From: an uncultured delta proteobacterium
GTDB lineage: Bacteria; Desulfobacterota; RBG-13-43-22
Assembly: GCA_963843145.1 (NCBI GenBank)
Contig: CAWJJC010000005.1
Coordinates: forward strand, 96,001-160,000
DNA: 64,000 bases
Direction: 5' to 3'
In this document: positions 59,585-64,000 of the stretch, piece after piece
How the letters are laid out: each line of letters begins with the position of its first letter
Numbering within the stretch: the stretch's first letter is position 1
Notes under the pieces: generated by a model
What the model was told of the DNA's origin: nothing
The model's database searches: none
What the model saw: only the letters and a program-made list of their open reading frames with translations
Program-made: the position numbers and the translations under genes

Positions 59585-59974
59585 ATGAGGATTCGATTCC
59601 TTCTCCCCCTCCTGATCCTTTTCTCCGTGACCGCTCTTCCGGCCCAGGCCTTAGAGGCTCGGAAAGCCATGGGCGACTATGATGTTGGAATAACCATTAA
59701 CCGGAATCCGCCCAGTGTGGGGGAGAACCCTATCGAAATCGAAATCAAAGGCCCCGGGGGCCGCCGGATAACGGAGGCCCAGGTGCTGGTGAATTATTAT
59801 ATGCCTCCCATGCCCCGCATGGCCCCCATGAACTACCTCACCCCGGCCGACCTGAAGGGAGACCGCTACCGGGCCGTCATGCACCTGATTATGGACGGGC
59901 CCTGGATTATCGCCCTGAAAATTACCCTGGGCGGGAAGAGGTCCACCGTCAAGTTCCACATCAATGCCCGGTGA
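59585..59974 (+). CDS. Secreted YtkA/FixH-like Met-rich protein
   Basis: Signal peptide; NPPSVGEN, YYMPPMPRMAPMNY, MDGPW. Confidence 0.75.
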   Translation: MRIRFLLPLLILFSVTALPAQALEARKAMGDYDVGITINRNPPSVGENPIEIEIKGPGGRRITEAQVLVNYYMPPMPRMAPMNYLTPADLKGDRYRAVMHLIMDGPWIIALKITLGGKRSTVKFHINAR

Positions 59975-60100
59975 TGAAGGCCGATGCTAACGTCATTCAG
60001 GACCCGAAGCCGATTGTCGCCCTGAGCCCTTCGCCGGCTTATCACCCCGTCCATTCCCCACTATCACCCTGAGTGAAACGTAGGGGCTTGCGTTTCAACA

Positions 60101-60270
60101 TATTAAGGGTCTCATAATTGTCTCTACATAACACCGACCGTCATCCCCGAGTGCCTTTGTCGGGGATCCAGAATCGTACCAGTCCGGGGCTGGATTCCCG
60201 CCTAGAAGCGCTGCGGGAATGAGGATAAGAGAACCTCGAGATAGTCGGTTCTATTATGAGACCGTTAATA
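60101..60270. repeat. 170-bp MITE-like element (17/18-bp terminal inverted repeats) around a REP-like doublet
   Basis: TATTAAGGGTCTCATAAT ... ATTATGAGACCGTTAATA. Confidence 0.75.
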
Positions 60271-60355
60271 ATAAGGATAACGGCCTTAAAAATCCCGATC
60301 AGCATGCAGGCTGAGGATGCTCGCTCAGCATGATAACTAAAAACGATCTTCTTAT

Positions 60356-60745
60356 TTATTTGGGGGCCCCTTGCTCAACCGGATAAGGTGTCCCTCTCCT
60401 GGCCAGGTAAGGCCTCCCATCGATTTCACCAATAAACAGATGATTCGCCCCCATAGTCAGATAGCCTTCAATCAATACGGTTTTGCCCGTTTTCTTCAGC
60501 TCCTCCAATAAACTCGGGTTAGGATTCACGATAATAAATTTTCCCGAGGGATCCTCGCTACTTATAAAATAACCTCCCAACCCCTTCTGGTAATTGACTT
60601 TGCCCTTGATAATGATTTTTTTATTTGCCTTTATTTCGCCCCCCGAACCTCCGACCGGGTAAGGCTCCCGTGCGGCGCCGCTGTCTGCTAAAACCAAAAG
60701 AAACATTAGAGACAAGAAAAAACTCATCATCTTTTTGCTTTGCAT
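60356..60745 (-). CDS. Secreted hypothetical protein
   Basis: Signal peptide; GGAGG RBS directly after the cusA stop. Confidence 0.6.
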   Translation of the reverse strand: MQSKKMMSFFLSLMFLLVLADSGAAREPYPVGGSGGEIKANKKIIIKGKVNYQKGLGGYFISSEDPSGKFIIVNPNPSLLEELKKTGKTVLIEGYLTMGANHLFIGEIDGRPYLARRGTPYPVEQGAPK

Positions 60746-60754
60746 TTTTTCCTC

Positions 60755-63700
60755 CTAAGATTCGGGCCCGGACAGGACCTGCTTTTTTAACTCAAAATTC
60801 CACTTCCAGATCTGGTAAATGGCCGGATAGACCAGCAGCTCCAGCAAGAATGAAGTTAAAATCCCCCCCACCATAGGGGCGGCGATCCGCTTCATCACGT
60901 CGGCCCCGGTTCCGACGGACCACATGATCGGTATCAGGCCGAAAAACATGGTGGCCGTGGTCATGAACTTGGGACGCAGCCGTTTCACCGCCCCATAGCG
61001 GATGGCCTTCTGCAGGTCGGCCAGGCTCCGCAAACGCCCCTCCTTTTTCGCTTCTTCGTAGGCCAGGTCGAGATAGAGCAGCATGAAGACGCCGGTTTCG
61101 GCATCTACACCCAGCAGGGCGATCAACCCCACCCAGACGCCGATACTCAGATTATAGCCGAGCAGGTAAAGGAACCAGAAGGCCCCGATGGCCGAAAACG
61201 GCACGGCCAGCATGATAATCAGGGTCTTGGTCAGGGACCGGGTGTTGAGATAGAGTAGAAACAAAATCAAAATCAAGGTCAAGGGCACGACCCAGATCAG
61301 TTTCTCCTTGACCCGCTGCATCGACTCGTACTGGCCGCTCCAGGAGATGTCGTAGCCCGGGGGCAGCCTCACTTTTTCTCTAAGCAGCCGTCCGGCCTCG
61401 GTGATGTAACTATCCTGGTCCCGGCCGGCGATATCCAGATAGACATAACCAGCCAGCAGGCCGTCTTCGTCGCGGATCATGGAAGGCCCTTCGGTTATGC
61501 CGATGCGGGCTAACTGGGATACCGGGATCTGCTTCTGCCCCCCGGCCACCGGGACCAGCACCCTTCCTAACGCCCCCAGATCGCTTCGAAAATCACGCTG
61601 ATAGCGGACGTTGACGGTATACCGTTCCCGGCCTTCCACCGTGGTGGTCACGTTTTCCCCGCCAATGGCCCGCTGAACCACACCCTGCGCCTCTTCTACG
61701 CTTAAGTTGTAGCGGGACAGGGCCTCCCGGTCCCATTCGAAATCCAGAAAGTAGCCGCTGCCGGTGCGCTCGGCAAAGACGCTGCGGGTCCCCTTGACCG
61801 GAGTCAGGACCGACTCGACCCGGGCCCCGATCTCTTCGATGGTATCCAGGTCCGAACCGGAGATCTTGAGCCCCAAGGGGGTTTTCAAGCCCGTACTCAG
61901 CATCTCGATCCGGCCTTTGATCGGCATGGTCCAGGAATTGGCCAGGCCGGAAATCTTCAGGGCGTCGTTCATCTGGTCAATCAGGTCGTCCTGGGAAATA
62001 TGGTCCGGGGTCAGGCGCCGGAGCACGGCTTTGGCCCAATCGGGGGCCCAGCCGGAATACCAGGTATCCTTTTTCCGCCACTGCGCCTTGGGTTTGAGGG
62101 TGATCACCGTCTCCAGCATAGAGAGCGGCGCCGGGTCCGTGGAGGTCTCGGCCCGACCAGCCTTCCCCAGAACGCGGTCCACCTCCGGAAAACGGCGGAT
62201 GATCCGGTCCGTGACCTGGAGCAGCTTCTGGGCCTCGGTGATGGAGATCCCCGGCATGGTGGTGGGCATATAGAGGATGGAGCCCTCTTCCAGGGGCGGC
62301 ATGAACTCCGAGCCCAGTTTAAGATAGACGGGTACTGTCGCCAGAACCAGAACCAGGGCGGCGGCGATCACCCACCACTTCCGCCGCAATGTCCAGACGG
62401 CCACCGGCTCATAGACCCGGATCAGGGCCCGGCTGATGGGGTGCCGCTCCTCGGAGTGGATGGAGCCCACGCAGACGCTATTGACCAGCTTGCATAAAGC
62501 GAGGGGCCGGAAGTTGAAATCCTTCAGCCGGATGAAGAACAACCGCAGGGCCGGATCCAGGGTGATGGCCAGGATCGCGGCGATGATCATGGCCAAGGTC
62601 TTGGTATAGGCCAGAGGCTTGAACAGCCGTCCTTCCTGGGCCTCCAGGGTCAACACCGGCAGGAAGGAAACGGCGATCACCAACAAAGCAAAAAAACTGG
62701 GGCCGGCCACTTGTTTGACCGCCTGGATGATAATCTCCCGGTAATCTCCCTGCCGGCCGCCCCGGTCCCATTGCTCCAGTCTTTTGTGCGTCTGTTCGAC
62801 TACCACAATGGCCGCGTCCACCAGAGCGCCGATGGCAATGGCGATCCCTCCCAGGGACATAATATTGGCGCTGATCCCCAGGAGACGAAAGGGGATGAAA
62901 GACAAGAGAATGGCCACGGGAATCGTGATCAGGGGAATCAGGGCGCTGGGGATATGCCAGAGAAAGAGCAGGATCACCAGGGACACGGTGACCATCACCT
63001 CGATCAGGGTGGACTTCAGGTTGTCTATGGCCCGGAGGATCAGGTCGGAACGGTCATAGACCGGGACGATCTTTACTCCGGCAGGCAGACCGGGCTCGAT
63101 CTCCTTGATTTTGGCCTTCACCCGCTTGATGACGTCCAGGGCGTTCTGCCCCTGGCGCATGACCACGATCCCGGAGACCACCTCCCCTTCCCCGTCCAGG
63201 TCGGCGATCCCCCGTCGGATATCCGGGCCCAGGGACACCTTCCCGATGTCCTTGATCCGGATCGGGGTGCCGTTTTCACTGGCGGACAGTACGATCTCTT
63301 CGAAATCCTTCAGGGACTTGGCATAGCCCCGGCCGCGGATGGTGTACTCCGTCCCGCCGAACTCGATCAGCCTCCCCCCCACCTCCACGTTCCCCTGGCG
63401 GACCGCTTCCACCACCCGGTTGATGGAGATCCCGTAGGCCTGGAGCCGGTTGGGGTCCACGTTCACCTGGTACTGCTTTTGGAACCCGCCCACCGGGGCC
63501 ACCTCGGCCACGCCCGGCACCGACTTCAGATAGTAGCGTAAATACCAGTCCTGAAAGGATCGAAGGTCGGCCAGACTCCGCCGGCCGGACTTATCCACCA
63601 GGACATACTGGTAGATCCAGCCCAGACCGGTGGCGTCCGGGCCCAATTCGGTCTTGACCCCTGAGGGAAGGTTGGAGAGGACGCCCGAAAGGTATTCCAG

Positions 63701-64000
63701 GGTCCTGGACCTTGCCCAGTAGATGTCCGTTCCGTCTTCGAAGATCACGTACACATAGGAGTAGCCGAAGTCGGAAAAACCGCGAACCGCCTTGACCTTC
63801 GGGGCGCCCAGCATGGCCGTAACAATAGGATAGGTCACCTGGTCTTCCATGATGTCCGGACTGCGATCCCAGCGGGAGAAGATGATGACCTGGGTGTCGC
63901 TCAAATCCGGAATGGCGTCCAGGGCCATGTGCTTCATGGACCACCAGCCGGCCAGGCAGGCGGCCGCCACCAAGATAAAGACAATGAACTTATTGTTTAC
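60755..64000 (-). CDS. cusA: Cu(I)/Ag(I) heavy-metal efflux RND permease (start lies outside the window)
   Basis: DAIPDLSDTQVI, GPDATGLGW, GALVDAAIV; Met triad contexts EFMPPL, PLSMLE, WTMPI; RLRPKFMT. Confidence 0.93.
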   Translation of the reverse strand, partial: VNNKFIVFILVAAACLAGWWSMKHMALDAIPDLSDTQVIIFSRWDRSPDIMEDQVTYPIVTAMLGAPKVKAVRGFSDFGYSYVYVIFEDGTDIYWARSRTLEYLSGVLSNLPSGVKTELGPDATGLGWIYQYVLVDKSGRRSLADLRSFQDWYLRYYLKSVPGVAEVAPVGGFQKQYQVNVDPNRLQAYGISINRVVEAVRQGNVEVGGRLIEFGGTEYTIRGRGYAKSLKDFEEIVLSASENGTPIRIKDIGKVSLGPDIRRGIADLDGEGEVVSGIVVMRQGQNALDVIKRVKAKIKEIEPGLPAGVKIVPVYDRSDLILRAIDNLKSTLIEVMVTVSLVILLFLWHIPSALIPLITIPVAILLSFIPFRLLGISANIMSLGGIAIAIGALVDAAIVVVEQTHKRLEQWDRGGRQGDYREIIIQAVKQVAGPSFFALLVIAVSFLPVLTLEAQEGRLFKPLAYTKTLAMIIAAILAITLDPALRLFFIRLKDFNFRPLALCKLVNSVCVGSIHSEERHPISRALIRVYEPVAVWTLRRKWWVIAAALVLVLATVPVYLKLGSEFMPPLEEGSILYMPTTMPGISITEAQKLLQVTDRIIRRFPEVDRVLGKAGRAETSTDPAPLSMLETVITLKPKAQWRKKDTWYSGWAPDWAKAVLRRLTPDHISQDDLIDQMNDALKISGLANSWTMPIKGRIEMLSTGLKTPLGLKISGSDLDTIEEIGARVESVLTPVKGTRSVFAERTGSGYFLDFEWDREALSRYNLSVEEAQGVVQRAIGGENVTTTVEGRERYTVNVRYQRDFRSDLGALGRVLVPVAGGQKQIPVSQLARIGITEGPSMIRDEDGLLAGYVYLDIAGRDQDSYITEAGRLLREKVRLPPGYDISWSGQYESMQRVKEKLIWVVPLTLILILFLLYLNTRSLTKTLIIMLAVPFSAIGAFWFLYLLGYNLSIGVWVGLIALLGVDAETGVFMLLYLDLAYEEAKKEGRLRSLADLQKAIRYGAVKRLRPKFMTTATMFFGLIPIMWSVGTGADVMKRIAAPMVGGILTSFLLELLVYPAIYQIWKWNFELKKQVLSGPES

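Noticed and set aside
61764-63541. Long plus-strand ORFs opposite cusA (similar ones opposite lpxD, bamA, the radical SAM gene and the NarL regulator)
   Set aside because: Antisense shadows of strongly supported genes in high-GC codon usage; no motifs of their own.
1-64000. tRNA, rRNA or riboswitch genes
   Set aside because: No cloverleaf, rRNA-like or recognisable aptamer sequence was found by eye; a covariance-model search would be needed to exclude them.

Overview
Chromosomal segment of a GC-rich, LPS-producing (diderm) bacterium. Gene content and intergenic repeat style suggest Desulfobacterota/deltaproteobacteria (inference). 1-1.2 kb holds a truncated IS1634-type transposase. 1.65-30.3 kb is a minus-strand outer-membrane biogenesis super-cluster: lysS, lolC/E, lolD, bamA, skp, lpxD, fabZ, lpxA, lpxI, gnnA-like, lpxB, msbA, then an embedded five-gene cassette (FemAB-like, GT2, DUF2304, polysaccharide deacetylase, ArnT/GT83-like), lptF, lpxK, three GT9 heptosyltransferases, lpxL-like, GT4, epimerase and a Trm112-like gene. 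30.5-36.6 kb holds mixed housekeeping genes. 36.8-52.7 kb is an accessory cell-surface region: minor pilins fimT/pilV/pilW/pilX, a CSLREA/IPT protein, a NarL-type two-component set, an FKBP and a large OmpB-like multicopper oxidase with FN3 domains. 53.2-55.5 kb is a toxin-antitoxin cluster with decayed copies. 55.6-64 kb is a Cys-rich membrane protein/ABC/YtkA-like/CusA metal-handling region. Intergenic DNA contains several palindromic MITE/REP-like families. Many genes carry small frameshifts, probably in part assembly errors. Best candidates for something new: (1) the lipid A operon-embedded cassette, which may add an aminoacylated amino-sugar to LPS; (2) a shared C-terminal YLPxI motif on two secreted proteins; (3) modular palindromic elements with fixed ends and exchangeable cargo. 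All family assignments come from motif recognition by eye; no database search was run.
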